Below, in pieces: positions 63,583-64,000 of a stretch of 64,000 bases of DNA. Numbering within the stretch: position 1 is the first letter of the stretch; the number at the start of each line of letters is the position of its first letter. Under the pieces are notes generated by a model, which was not told the DNA's origin, did not search any database, and saw nothing but the letters and a program-made list of their open reading frames with translations. Both the position numbers and the translations under genes were made by a program. This DNA comes from Patellaria atrata CBS 101060 (taxonomy: Eukaryota), in the NCBI GenBank assembly GCA_010093705.1, contig MU006094.1, positions 409,550-473,549 on the forward strand, given 5' to 3'.

Positions 63583-64000
63583 TGTGGGGGTGGAAGTGTG
63601 GAGGGTTCGGGTTATGAGAGGGGGTAGTGAGGGGTGGTGCGTGTTGTTTTGGGTATGGTGTCTGAGTGCGGTAGACTGGTGGGTTGGGACTTTTGGCTCG
63701 TTGATTGCGTTTTGGTTGAGTAGATTAGATATTGGAGATATGTGTTTTCGAGTTGAGAGATTCAGGCGGTTTATGCTGTGAGCGTGGAATATATGTTTGT
63801 ATGACATATGGGCTGCGCGTGGTTGTGGTGTGAACGGTTCTGCGTTGATTGGTTGGTGACGGGAAGCTTGAGCGGGCACCACCATCATTACGTCATACCA
63901 CAAGCTCCCCAAACTTACGTTTTCCAGACTCCATTATGATACTTTAGGTCTTTGGCAGTTAAAATCACATTGGTCGATTTGCATGATACGGGCCTTTAGG

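Noticed and set aside
63583..63912. 110-aa N-terminal extension of the last ORF
   Set aside because: Low-complexity C/A-rich sequence typical of a promoter or 5' UTR; the ATG at 63582 has the better context and starts the recognisable domain.

Overview
Eukaryotic, intron-containing DNA from a filamentous ascomycete (Pezizomycotina-type GT..CTAAC..AG introns). About 21 apparently intact genes are supported: EAF3 (3' part), a PTH11-like membrane protein, BNA3, MGS1, a homeobox/C2H2 factor, an A1 peptidase-like membrane protein, an RCC1-repeat protein, a DUF4360 protein, PXA2, Dicer-like DCL2, PRE8, a RINGv ligase, a coiled-coil protein with a GrpE-like C-terminus head-to-head with an HSPA12-type Hsp70, DPH3, frataxin, APS3, PrpF, MGE1, RPB3, KRE6/SKN1 and a NuiA-like small protein. 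Accessory DNA includes a complete but dead pogo/Fot1 transposon (46-bp TIRs, TA duplication), a PhzF pseudogene, a LINE-like 3' end and a ~6-kb stretch of decayed ORFs. Best leads: (1) the divergent atypical-Hsp70 / GrpE-like gene pair, (2) a fungal NuiA-like nuclease-inhibitor candidate, (3) a tRNA-like Pol III unit with a two-hairpin 3' extension, (4) repeated local C-rich to G-rich strand-skew flips. All family assignments come from motif recognition by eye; no database search was run, and some exon boundaries are approximate.
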